NCBI GenBank assembly: GCA_902782445.1
Contig: CACZNC010000007.1
Coordinates: 12,292-76,291 of the forward strand
Source: an uncultured Ruminococcus sp.
GTDB taxonomy: Bacteria; Bacillota; Clostridia; Oscillospirales; CAG-272
Direction: 5' to 3'
Length of the DNA stretch: 64,000 nt
Below the pieces are notes generated by a model, which saw nothing but the letters and a program-made list of their open reading frames with translations, was not told the DNA's origin and did not search any database. Positions 8,871 through 18,200 of the stretch are shown one piece after another. Position 1 is the stretch's first letter. Every line of letters starts with the position of its first letter. The translations under genes were made by a program, and so were the position numbers.

Positions 8871-8899
8871 ATTGTAACATATCTCCGCGGAAGAATCAA
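8871..8899 (-). promoter_or_regulatory. sigma-A type promoter (TTGATT-17-TACAAT, TGt extended -10) for the isomerase/oxidoreductase/URO-D-like operon
   Basis: Reverse complement: TTGATT (8894-8899), 17-nt spacer, TACAAT (8871-8876). Confidence 0.55.
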
Positions 8900-8944
8900 G
8901 GCGGGGACGGGAAAAAACGCGCTCCCAACGGTCCGAAAGACTGT

Positions 8945-8973
8945 TTGACAAAGCGGAACATCCGTGCTATCAT
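8945..8973 (+). promoter_or_regulatory. sigma-A type promoter (TTGACA-17-TATCAT, TGc extended -10) for the second sigma/anti-sigma pair
   Basis: TTGACA at 8945-8950, a 17-nt spacer, TATCAT at 8968-8973. It is divergent from the 8871-8899 promoter. Confidence 0.6.
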
Positions 8974-9084
8974 AGACAGCGGAGAAGTTTTTTTCGTTTT
9001 TTTTGCCTGGATCCGTGACCTCACGGCAAAAACGGGCAGATCATAAGCGAAGGGCCTTTCAAAGCAAAAGGAAAGGAGGCGCCG

Positions 9085-9645
9085 ATGGAAGACAGCGAAA
9101 TCGTCGGACTGTACTGGCAGAGGGACGAAAGGGCGATCATCGAAACCGAACGGAAATACGGGTCCTACTGCCTGTCCATTGCCCGCCGCGTCCTCGGGAA
9201 CGAAGAAGACGCCCGGGAATGCGTCAACGACACGTATCTCGGCGCATGGAACGCGATCCCGCCCCACAGACCCGCCGTCCTTTCGACTTTTCTCGGCAAG
9301 ATCGCCCGGCGGATCTCCCTGAAAAAGCGGCGGGAGAAGAACGCGGACAAGCGCGGAGGCGGCGTTCTGGCGGAATCCCTCGACGAGCTCGAAGACTGCG
9401 TCCCCTCCGGTCAGAGAATCGACGAAGAGATCGAAGCAAAGGAGCTGACGGGGATCCTGAACGCGTTTCTCGGCAGTCTGCCCGCGGACGAACGCCGGGT
9501 ATTCCTGCGCCGGTACTGGTATTTCGACTCCGTCCGCGAGATCGCAGCCCGGTACGGGTTTGGGGAGAGCAGGGTCAAGATGATGCTCAAACGCGCCCGG
9601 GACCGCCTCCGCAGACGGCTGGAAGAGGAGGATTACGGATTATGA
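9085..9645 (+). CDS. RNA polymerase ECF-type sigma-70 family factor
   Basis: AAAGGAGG RBS. Region 2 EEDARECVNDTYLGAWNAIP and region 4 RRYWYFDSVREIAARYGFGESRVKMMLKRARDRL. Confidence 0.85.
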   Translation: MEDSEIVGLYWQRDERAIIETERKYGSYCLSIARRVLGNEEDARECVNDTYLGAWNAIPPHRPAVLSTFLGKIARRISLKKRREKNADKRGGGVLAESLDELEDCVPSGQRIDEEIEAKELTGILNAFLGSLPADERRVFLRRYWYFDSVREIAARYGFGESRVKMMLKRARDRLRRRLEEEDYGL

Positions 9646-11315
9646 AAGCGGAAAACATATTGAATGCCCTCGGGGACGTGAAGGACGAATACCTCGCGGA
9701 CGCGGAGAAAGCCGGGGCGGGAAGAACGAAAAAACAGTATTGGCTGAAACTCGGAGCGGCGGCCGCCTGTCTCTGCCTGATCGCCGGTGGGATCTTCGCC
9801 GTTCCGCGAATGGTCAAAGAGCCGAAGGAATTGGAAAAGGAGATGGAATCGGAAGGGACCGTCTCGGACACGGAGACGAAGGAATCCGTTTCGCTGATCG
9901 GGGAGGAGCTCGACGCCGCGTTCGGATACCTCTTCCCGACCGAGATCGAAAAGGGGTATGTGCCGGAGCAGGACGGGATCGAAGTGTACGGCGATTCGCC
10001 CCGGGTGCTTCGGGCTGCGTACCGGAACGAGGAGCTGAACGACACCCTGCACATCGTCATCGCTCCGAGCGGATATTTCGGAGAAGTCGAAACCGGTACG
10101 GTCCTGTACGGAGACCGGAAGACGGACGGGACACGGTCGTCCATGATCTATTACGAAAACGGCGGCATGACCGTTCTGTATCAGTTCGACCGGACGGACA
10201 TCGCGGCGCTGGACGGCGAAAACAGCGAACGGCTCTACGCCATGATCCATTCGGCGGGATGCTTCAACCGTCCCGCAGACGGCGGAGAGGAGCAGAACGA
10301 CGATTTCGACATCGAAACGCTTGATCTGACCGGCGTTCAGCGCTGGTCCCCGGACATGGGGGCGGCGGATTACTTTGCAAACAGCGGGAAGGAGGAGGGC
10401 TCAGACAGCGATTCCGCCTACGCCGATCTGATCATGAGGCCTTCCGCCGTTATGGTGCCGCTTGAAGACAGACGGGAGGAATTCGAAGCGGACGGGATCC
10501 TGCCTCGGATGGAAGACCGAACGGAATATGATTTCTGCGCGGAGTACAACGGGGACGGAAGCCTGTACAAGCTGACCTTTCTCTGGATGCGGAGAGGGGA
10601 CAATGCGGAATACAGCGATCTGACCCTGACCGCAGCGCCGAAGGAGCCCCACGAGGTGAACTGCTATGCGGTAGCGGAAGGCGTCGGAGGAGGTCAGGTC
10701 CCTCCGTATGTGACGGTCACGGAGCGGGACGGGATCCTGATCTGCGCGAAGGGCCGCGAAAATCAGGAGAAGACCCTCACCTGGCAGACGGAGGCGGGAT
10801 GGTTCGAGATCCGCGGCAGTTTCAACGACAGCTATGAGGACACCGCGGCCCTCCTCGACTGGTTCTGGGAGCATCCGCTGGATCTGGCCCTCTTCGCCGA
10901 TCCGCCGGAGGGGAGCATGATCTTCTCGACCCGCGCGGAGCACCCGGAAGCATTTCAAAATCAGATCCCGGACTTCGAGGCCCTCGGATATGCCGCGGAA
11001 TCGGAGCTTGTCAATCTCGGGGAGCATTGGGGCGAAACCGTTCCCGTCTGGTTCGAGGGGATCTATTCCCGGGGCGATACCCGGATCCGCTGGTCGGTCA
11101 GCCTCGGAGCCGACCGGGACGCATGGGACGCCTGCCTCGGAAGACCCGGCGAATTCGCAGAGGATCAGCTGACGGAAGCGCTTAAGGACAGGGATTTTGT
11201 CAACATTTTCTTCGACAGGACAAAGGAGCCTCCCCTCCCCATCATGGCGACGGCAAAGCTGGAAAACGGAAGCGCCGCGGATCTCTGGGAAGTCATCAAA
11301 AGTCTGGAAAACTGA
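9642..11315 (+). CDS. Putative membrane-anchored anti-sigma factor with large uncharacterised extracytoplasmic region
   Basis: In frame within ORF 9003..11315. ATG 9642 forms an ATGA overlap with the sigma stop codon. It has a short N-terminus, then a TM helix (YWLKLGAAAACLCLIAGGIFAV), then about 500 aa with no motif I recognise. Confidence 0.6.
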   Translation: MKAENILNALGDVKDEYLADAEKAGAGRTKKQYWLKLGAAAACLCLIAGGIFAVPRMVKEPKELEKEMESEGTVSDTETKESVSLIGEELDAAFGYLFPTEIEKGYVPEQDGIEVYGDSPRVLRAAYRNEELNDTLHIVIAPSGYFGEVETGTVLYGDRKTDGTRSSMIYYENGGMTVLYQFDRTDIAALDGENSERLYAMIHSAGCFNRPADGGEEQNDDFDIETLDLTGVQRWSPDMGAADYFANSGKEEGSDSDSAYADLIMRPSAVMVPLEDRREEFEADGILPRMEDRTEYDFCAEYNGDGSLYKLTFLWMRRGDNAEYSDLTLTAAPKEPHEVNCYAVAEGVGGGQVPPYVTVTERDGILICAKGRENQEKTLTWQTEAGWFEIRGSFNDSYEDTAALLDWFWEHPLDLALFADPPEGSMIFSTRAEHPEAFQNQIPDFEALGYAAESELVNLGEHWGETVPVWFEGIYSRGDTRIRWSVSLGADRDAWDACLGRPGEFAEDQLTEALKDRDFVNIFFDRTKEPPLPIMATAKLENGSAADLWEVIKSLEN

Positions 11316-11320
11316 AAATA

Positions 11321-11351
11321 GCGGAGGATCGTCAAAAGTCCTCCGCTTTTT
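11321..11351 (+). terminator. Rho-independent terminator
   Basis: GCGGAGGA-(10 nt)-TCCTCCGC followed by TTTTT, 6 nt after the anti-sigma stop codon. Confidence 0.8.
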
Positions 11352-11400
11352 CTGTATTTCTGAAACAAAAAAAGACCGCCCGCGCGATCCTTTTTTCTTC

Positions 11401-11472
11401 TGACCCGAGCGGGAATCGAACCCGCGTTACCGCCGTGAAAGGGCGGTGTCTTAGCCGCTTGACCATCGGGCC
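11401..11472 (-). tRNA. tRNA-Glu (anticodon UUC), copy 1
   Basis: Reverse complement GGCCCGATGGTCAAGCGGCTAAGACACCGCCCTTTCACGGCGGTAACGCGGGTTCGATTCCCGCTCGGGTCA folds as a cloverleaf. Anticodon loop CUUUCAC, T-loop UUCGAUU, no encoded CCA. Confidence 0.92.
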
Positions 11473-11476
11473 ATAA

Positions 11477-11585
11477 AAAAATATCTGCGGAACAAGTGAC
11501 CCGAGCGGGAATCGAACCCGCGTTACCGCCGTGAAAGGGCGGTGTCTTAGCCGCTTGACCATCGGGCCATACCGCAGATATTTTT
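11477..11585 (-). repeat. 14-bp perfect inverted repeat bracketing tRNA-Glu copy 2
   Basis: aaaaatatctgcgg (11477-11490) is the exact reverse complement of ccgcagatattttt (11572-11585). Confidence 0.9.
11497..11568 (-). tRNA. tRNA-Glu (anticodon UUC), copy 2 (identical to copy 1)
   Basis: The 72 nt are identical to 11401..11472. Confidence 0.92.
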
Positions 11586-11586
11586 C

Positions 11587-11663
11587 TGGTAGCGGAAGTT
11601 GGACTTGAACCCACGACCTATCGGGTATGAACCGATTGCTCTAGCCAGCTGAGCTATTCCGCC
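11587..11663 (-). tRNA. tRNA-Met (anticodon CAU, elongator-like), CCA encoded
   Basis: Reverse complement GGCGGAATAGCTCAGCTGGCTAGAGCAATCGGTTCATACCCGATAGGTCGTGGGTTCAAGTCCAACTTCCGCTACCA. Anticodon loop UUCAUAC resembles elongator Met rather than initiator or Ile2. There is one mismatch in the T-stem. Confidence 0.85.
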
Positions 11664-11698
11664 GTTTCGCAGGGAAGCTGTTCGCCTGCAACGGTGCT

Positions 11699-11727
11699 AT
11701 TATAGCATAAGAGGATCGGAATGTCAA
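11699..11727 (-). promoter_or_regulatory. Consensus sigma-A promoter (TTGACA-17-TATAAT, TGc) for the tRNA operon
   Basis: Reverse complement: TTGACA (11722-11727), 17-nt spacer, TATAAT (11699-11704). About 36 nt upstream of the tRNA-Met 5' end. Confidence 0.75.
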
Positions 11728-11788
11728 CAGTTTTTTTCACTTTTTTTATTTTTTCCGGGCGGAAAAACGGCGGGCAAACCGGTCCCGG

Positions 11789-12280
11789 TCAAAGAGCGGA
11801 ACAGGTGAGGACGAGAAACCAGAGATCCCCGAGGGCGGCGGGAAGGAGGAAGATCCAGGACGGAGCGGGGGCGCGCATCCGGATAAGGACAACGGCCGAA
11901 AATCCGATCGCCAGCAGGGAGGCGGCCAGCAGGAACGCGCCAAACAGCGTCATGCGCGTGCAGAAGAAAACGGCATACCATCCGAGCCCGAAGAGCCATG
12001 CCGCCGCTGTCCCGCCGAAGGCACCGCAGGCCGCCCCTCTCTCCCTCCCGAGGACTGCGCAGAGAGCGGCGGCGGCCCCGAGGAATCCGCTGACGAGCAG
12101 ATCCGCCGTAAAGAACGCGGCGAGGGGAGGCAGATCGCACCGCATCGCCTTCACCGGATACCATCCGCTCCCCCCGCTGATCCACAGCAGCACGCATCCC
12201 GCCGCCGCGAGAAAGGCCCCCAGTCCGGCCGCGGCGATGTTCTGCCCGAGCCATGCGAATCCCCGTCTGAACCGACTCAT
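11789..12280 (-). CDS. Polytopic membrane protein (about 5 TM), unknown family
   Basis: 163 aa. GAGGTGA RBS 6 nt before the ATG. Third codon positions are mostly G/C in this frame. Hydrophobic segments are spread through the protein. The two overlapping alternative ORFs are arginine/proline-rich artefacts. Confidence 0.6.
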   Translation of the reverse strand: MSRFRRGFAWLGQNIAAAGLGAFLAAAGCVLLWISGGSGWYPVKAMRCDLPPLAAFFTADLLVSGFLGAAAALCAVLGRERGAACGAFGGTAAAWLFGLGWYAVFFCTRMTLFGAFLLAASLLAIGFSAVVLIRMRAPAPSWIFLLPAALGDLWFLVLTCSAL

Positions 12281-12352
12281 GAAAAATCACCTCACAGAAC
12301 AGTGTCGGAACCATTCTATGAGGCGATTCTTTTTCTTATGCGGTCCGGCGGC

Positions 12353-15133
12353 TTATTCTCCGCCGTCGGAGAGCCAGTCGTCGAAACCGTCGTCGAGGGT
12401 CCCGTCGTCGATCACGATGTCGACCTGACCGGTGTCTTCCTCTTCGGCAGCCTGTCCGCCGGGTTCGGACGCGGTCCCGCCTCCGCCCGTGTTCTGTTCG
12501 ACCGGGGGAGACCAGCCGTTCCAGACGCCGTGTTCCACACAGTAGGAGTTATAAGGCCGCTCGGCGTAGGACGATCCGCAGAACTCGCCGTCTTTCAGGA
12601 GATTGCGGAAGAACGGCACGCCCTTCCAGTAAGCCGGCGTCGCCCAGGTGGGCATTTCGCGGTAGACATACTGGGCGTCCTGGATATAGACTTCGCGCGG
12701 GAAGCTCCGGTCCTCCACCCGGACGAGAGCGGTCCAGTAACAGCTCCAGGACGGGCAGGTGGTCTTCGGATAGGCGATGCCCCCCGTGGAACCGTCCCTG
12801 AGGACCTTGACGTGCGTGGTGCACTTGGCCTTCGGCACGGATTCGCGGGTGAAATAACCGACTTCCTGATGGTAGGAACGGGGTTCGTAGGCGCAGGCGT
12901 CGCCGACCAGCATCCCGGAATCCCGGCAGACGGTGGCGGTGATGACGCCCGGGGAGATCTCGAACTTGCGCAGAGGCTCCCCGCCGTTGTTCGCTTCGTC
13001 GATATATTTCTGATGGAGCTTCGTCATGACGGTGTCCCAGACCATCAGGGAGGGATTTTCCCCGAAGGAGGACAGGGACTGGGGCATATCGTAGCCGGTC
13101 CACACCGCCCCGACGTAATAGGGCGTATAGCCGACGAAATAGCGGTCGAAGTCCTGGGAGGTCGTCCCGGTCTTCCCTGCCACGTCGATCTGCTGGCGGA
13201 GGGTGCATCCCATACCGGTACCGCGGTTCATGACTTCCTGGAGCATGATCGTCATGATGGACGCGCTCTCTTCGCTGATGACGATCTTCGGGTCGTCGGA
13301 GTAGTCGAAGACCACCTTGCCCTCGCCGTCCTCCACGTAGAGGTAGAGGTTCGGATCGTTGAACATGCCGTTGTTCTGGAACATGCAGTAGCCGGCGGCC
13401 ATTTCGAGCACCGTCACGCCGTAGTTCGGCTGCCCGAGCGCAAGAGCCGCTTCGCCCCGGTCGGTGACATACTGGCCGTTCGGGGTGGTGTAGCCGTCGA
13501 TCAGGCTGTGGAAGTTCAGCTCGTTCTTCATGAAGTCAAACGAGCGGTCCACGCCGAGACGGTATTTCAGCACCTTCATCGCGATGGTGTTCACCGAACG
13601 GGTCACGGCGTCGTGGATCGGCGTCAGGCCCATATAGATATCCGGGTAGTTGTGCGGGTACATGACGTAGCCCATCACCGCTTCCTTCCACTCCGTAGCG
13701 GGTTCGGCGACGTACTCCCAGAAATAGACCGGCGTGTCGTCGATCACCGTCTCGTAGTTGATGAGGCCGGCGTCGAGGGCGGGGCCGTACACCGAGAGCG
13801 GCTTGATGGAGGATCCCGGCGGACGGACTGCCACGGTGGCCCGGTCGGTCCCGCGGTTGATGATCTTCTGTCCGCGTCCGCCGACGGTCCCGAGCACGTC
13901 CCCGGTGTAGGGGTCGCAGATCACCATCGCCGACTGGGGCTGGAGGCCGGAGCCGGTGGAGGGGAAATACTCCCGGTCGTTTTCGTAGATCTCTTCGAGG
14001 GTGTTCTGCACGTAGGGATCCATCGGGACGTAGATCTTGTAGCCGTTGTTGTAGATCATCTGGCTGGCGGCCTTCTGAGTGACGTTGTATTTCTCCGCCA
14101 GATCGACGATCAGCTGGGAAATGACCGCCTCCGTGTACCACGAATAGATGGTCATGCCCTCTTCGGCGATCTCGTCCTCTTCGTCGTCGTGGCTCACCAC
14201 CACGAGTTCGGTGTTCTGCGCGGCGACGCATTCCGCCTCGGTGATGTAGCCGTTCTTCATCATCTCTCTGAGAACGACCCAGCGGCGGCTTTCGTTGCCT
14301 TCGATGGTCCTGATCGTGCCGTCCGCCCGTTCGATCTCCCGGTCCTTGTCGTGATACTTCGGCTCGTACTGGGAGGGGTTCTTGACGATGGCGGCAAGCG
14401 CGGCGCATTCCACAAGATCGAGCTCGGAAACGTCCTTGCCGAAATAGTAGTTCGCGGCCGCCTGCACGCCCGTGCAGTTGTTGCCGAGGTAGATGATATT
14501 GCAGTAGGCCTCGAAGATCTCCTCCTTGCTCTTGACCTTCTCGAGGTTCAGAGCCCGGAAGATCTCCTGCACTTTCCGCTGGATGGTGACCTCGTCCTCG
14601 CCCGTCACGTTCTTGATGAGCTGCTGGGTGATGGTCGAGCCGCCGCCCGGCTGATTGGTGACGAAATACCACACCGCGCCGAGGGTCCGGTACCAGTCCA
14701 CGCCGTTGTGATCCCTGAACCGCTTGTCCTCGATGGAGATGAAAGCCTGAACCAGCTGTTTCGGAAGCTGGGAAAAGGAAACCGCGATGGTCGAATCCTC
14801 GCCGGTCAGCCGCTGGTCCGTGATCTCGACGGGCACCCCCTCGCGGTTGACCCGGTCCTCCATCGTGTCGTACTTCATGTAGTACAGGCGGGTGGCGGAG
14901 TCGCGGTTCACCGTTACGATGGACGTGGGGTCGATCTCGAGGTCCAGATGATTGTTGACATAGATGGCGAACACCGTGGAGACGATGATGCCCGTGATCA
15001 GTCCGATGAGAAGCAGGGTCAGGAAAATGTTCAGAAACCACGAGAAAACCCGGAACAGCACGGTTCCGATCATCCCGAGTACGTGGAGCACCTCCCGGAC
15101 CCAGTTCACGCGCGGACTGCTTGTCTCATTCAT
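12353..15133 (-). CDS. Bifunctional class A penicillin-binding protein (glycosyltransferase GT51 + transpeptidase), PBP1A-like
   Basis: N-terminal TM helix. GT51 motifs ISIEDKRFRDHNGVD and GGSTITQQLIKN. Transpeptidase SxxK (PGSSIKP) and KTGT (AGKTGTT). It carries a Cys-containing C-terminal extension and an acidic tail. Confidence 0.92.
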   Translation of the reverse strand: MNETSSPRVNWVREVLHVLGMIGTVLFRVFSWFLNIFLTLLLIGLITGIIVSTVFAIYVNNHLDLEIDPTSIVTVNRDSATRLYYMKYDTMEDRVNREGVPVEITDQRLTGEDSTIAVSFSQLPKQLVQAFISIEDKRFRDHNGVDWYRTLGAVWYFVTNQPGGGSTITQQLIKNVTGEDEVTIQRKVQEIFRALNLEKVKSKEEIFEAYCNIIYLGNNCTGVQAAANYYFGKDVSELDLVECAALAAIVKNPSQYEPKYHDKDREIERADGTIRTIEGNESRRWVVLREMMKNGYITEAECVAAQNTELVVVSHDDEEDEIAEEGMTIYSWYTEAVISQLIVDLAEKYNVTQKAASQMIYNNGYKIYVPMDPYVQNTLEEIYENDREYFPSTGSGLQPQSAMVICDPYTGDVLGTVGGRGQKIINRGTDRATVAVRPPGSSIKPLSVYGPALDAGLINYETVIDDTPVYFWEYVAEPATEWKEAVMGYVMYPHNYPDIYMGLTPIHDAVTRSVNTIAMKVLKYRLGVDRSFDFMKNELNFHSLIDGYTTPNGQYVTDRGEAALALGQPNYGVTVLEMAAGYCMFQNNGMFNDPNLYLYVEDGEGKVVFDYSDDPKIVISEESASIMTIMLQEVMNRGTGMGCTLRQQIDVAGKTGTTSQDFDRYFVGYTPYYVGAVWTGYDMPQSLSSFGENPSLMVWDTVMTKLHQKYIDEANNGGEPLRKFEISPGVITATVCRDSGMLVGDACAYEPRSYHQEVGYFTRESVPKAKCTTHVKVLRDGSTGGIAYPKTTCPSWSCYWTALVRVEDRSFPREVYIQDAQYVYREMPTWATPAYWKGVPFFRNLLKDGEFCGSSYAERPYNSYCVEHGVWNGWSPPVEQNTGGGGTASEPGGQAAEEEDTGQVDIVIDDGTLDDGFDDWLSDGGE

Positions 15134-15277
15134 GATGCGCGACCTTTCGTAATTGATAACAGGGATATTATACGCCCTGTTTTTGAATTCAGTATGAACC
15201 CAATCTGATAATTCCGCTGATTTTGCCCGAAAGAAGACGTTTTTTTCGTCCGAAGCGGCGGAATGGGCCGGGGATCC

Positions 15278-18200
15278 TCAGCGGAGCACCACGTTTTCCT
15301 CCCCGAGCATCTCCCTCAGTTCCCCGAGGACGAGCGGCGTCGGCTTCACGGACAGGGGCGGTTTCAGGTATTCACGGGTCTCGGAGGAGTAGAACACCGC
15401 CGGAACGCTCCCCGGGAAGATCAGGCAGAGGGCGCGGGCTCTCTTGAATTCGGTGGACTGCTCGGAGGGGGCGCGGAGGAAGATCTTCGACGGCACTGCG
15501 GGAACGGCGCCGGTTTCGCGGGGGGCGGGGGTCCGGTCCGGCGCGGGAGGTACGGGATCCGTGGGAACAGCCTGTATCTCCGCAGTCTGCGCGGCCGGTC
15601 CGGGCTGACGGTTCAGTTCCGCGTTCGCCCTGCCGATGGAATCGGGATCTTCCGCCGCCTGGGAGTCGGACACCAGCGGAATGACGCGGTCGCAGAGCAG
15701 TTTCGGGGCCTCGTCCTCCCTCACACTCACGGTCCCGCTCGCGGCGACGACGGCGTCGAAGGTCAAGAGGTGCCCGTACCGCGCGAGGACCTTCGGGAAG
15801 ATCACAAGCTCGACGGATCCGGTCTTATCTTCCAGCGTCACGAAGGCCATCTGTTCCCCGCCCCTTGTGGCCTTGTTGACCCGCTTCGACACGCTTCCCG
15901 CCACGGTCGCCCGGCTTTTGTCCCGGTAGAGAGGAGCGGTCTTCGCGGTCTCTTCCCCATCCTCCCCCTCCTCTTCGAAGGAGGCGCGGATCTCCCGGAC
16001 GGAGGCGGGGTTCAGGGCGGCGATATGGGCCCCGTAGTCGTCGAGGATGTGCCCGGAGAGGTAGAGCCCGCAGCACTCCTTTTCGAGGGCGAGCTTTTCC
16101 CGGGCGGTGAATTCGGCGAGTTCGGGGAATTCGATGTGCGGGATCTGACGCGGCATCTGCAGCGCGGTGTCGAAGAGCCCGATCTGCCCCTCCATCCCGT
16201 TCTGGCGGGCGGCGGAGCGGCGTTCCATCACGCTTTCGTAGACGGCGAGCCAGCGGCTCCGGAAAACGCCCAGCGAATCGAGGGACCCGGATTTGATGAG
16301 GGTCTCCATCTGACGCTTGTTCATGTCGGCGTCCTTCATCCGGTCCATGAAGTCGTCCGCGTTCCGGAAGGGCCCGTTCTTTTCCCGCTCCGCGACGAGC
16401 CGCGCGATGAAGCCCTCCCCGACGTTGCGCAGAGCCGTCATGCCGAAGCGGATCCCGCCCTCCTCCGCGTGGAAGTCCGCCCGGCTACGGTTGACGTCCG
16501 GGGGCAGCACGGCGATCCCCTGTTTCGCGCAGTCCGCCGCGTATTCCGCGATCTTGTCGGCGGAGGAACGGACGGAGGTCAGAAGCGCGGAGAGATATTC
16601 CTTCGGGAAATGGGTCTTGAGATAGGCGGTGCGGAAGGAGAGAACGGCGTAGGCGGCGGCATGGCTCTTGTTGAAGGCGTAATTGGCGAAGGAGACGATG
16701 TCGTCGAACAGTTCCACCGCGTCCTTTTCGGAGATCCCCCGCTCTTTTGCGCCGTCGATGAAGGACTGCCGTTCGCTTTCCAGCACGCCCTGCTTCTTTT
16801 TGGAAATCGCCCGCCGCACGACGTCCGCGTGTCCGAAGGTGTACCCGGCGATCTCCCGGAAGATCTGCATGACCTGCTCCTGATAGACGATGCACCCGTA
16901 GGTCACGTCGAGGATGGGGGCGAGGCGGGACGTGGCGTAGCGGATCTTCGATGGGTCGTGCCGGGCTTCGATGTACTTCGGGATGGAGTCCATCGGGCCG
17001 GGACGGTAAAGGGCGATGGCGGCAATGATGTCGTCCAGGCTCTGGGGCTGGAGGGAGACGAGCATCTGGCGCATCCCGGCGGATTCGAGCTGGAACACGC
17101 CGTCCGTGCGTCCCGCCGAAATCGTGTCGTAGGTGGCGGGATCCGCGATATCGACCTTCGAGAGATCGAAACCGGGGATCTTCTCCCTAATCTCCCGCTC
17201 CGCGCCGTCGATGATGGTGAGGTAGCGCAGGGCGAGGAAGTCGAATTTCAACAGTCCCAGTTCCGCGACGGTGTCCATGTCGAACTGCGTCACAATCACG
17301 CCGGAGTTGACCGAAACCGGCACGTAGTCCGTCACGGGCCTGTCGGTGATCACGACGCCCGCCGCGTGGGTGGAGGCGTGACGGGGCATCCCCTCGAGGG
17401 CGGAGGCGACGGAAATCAGGCGGTGGACCCGGTCGTCGTCCTCGTAGAGGGATTTGAGGGAGGGGACGGCGTCCAGCGCTTTCGCCAGCGTCATGCCGAG
17501 CTCCTGGGGAATCTGCTTCGCCACGGCGTCCACATCCCCGTAGCTCATGCCGAGGGCGCGTCCCACGTCACGGACTGCGGCGCGGGCGGCGAGGGTCCCG
17601 AAGGTCACGATCTGGGCGGTGCGGTCCTCCCCGTATTTCTCCCGGACGTAAGCGATGGCCTCGTCCCGGCGGTCGTAGCAGAAGTCGATGTCGAAGTCCG
17701 GCATACTGACCCGCTCCGGATTGAGGAACCGCTCGAACAGAAGATCGAAGCGGATGGAGTCGATATCGGTGATGCCGACGAGATAGGCGACGAGGGATCC
17801 CGCTCCCGAACCGCGCCCCGGACCCACGGGGATCCCCTTCTCCTTCGCGGCGTGAACGAAATCCCAGACGATCAGATAGTATTCCCCGTACCCCATCTGG
17901 CGGATGACGGAGAGCTCGTATTCGATCCGCTGTTCGTACACTTCCCGGGTCCTCTCCCCCTCGAAGACGATATGCCCGTCCGCGATCTTTTTTTCGAGGC
18001 CGGAAAAGGCGAGGGAGCGGAGAAAATCGTCCGGCTGCATCCCGTTTTCGGGGGTGTACCGGGGGAGCTTGATCTTGCCGAACTCGAAGTCGTAGGAGCA
18101 CATGTCGGCGATCTTCTGCGTGTTTTCGACGGCCCCCTCGTAGTCCCGGAAGAGCTTTTCCATCTCCGCGGAGCTTTTGAAGTAGAATTCGTCGGTCTCG

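Noticed and set aside
11401-11663. Possible CRISPR-like or other repeat array suggested by the duplicated 72-nt unit
   Set aside because: The repeats fold as tRNA-Glu cloverleaves. There are only two copies, no spacer-repeat periodicity and no cas genes anywhere in the window.
11721-12428. 235-aa plus-strand ORF and 196-aa minus-strand ORF (11724..12314) overlapping the 163-aa membrane protein gene
   Set aside because: Both are Arg/Pro/Ala-rich without an RBS. The 11789..12280 frame has GC-rich third positions, a GAGGTGA RBS and coherent TM segments.
12302-15208. 968-aa plus-strand ORF opposite the PBP1A gene
   Set aside because: It is antisense to a gene with clear GT51 and transpeptidase motifs. 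The composition (runs of V/D/G/R/H) is artefactual, and no RBS supports it.
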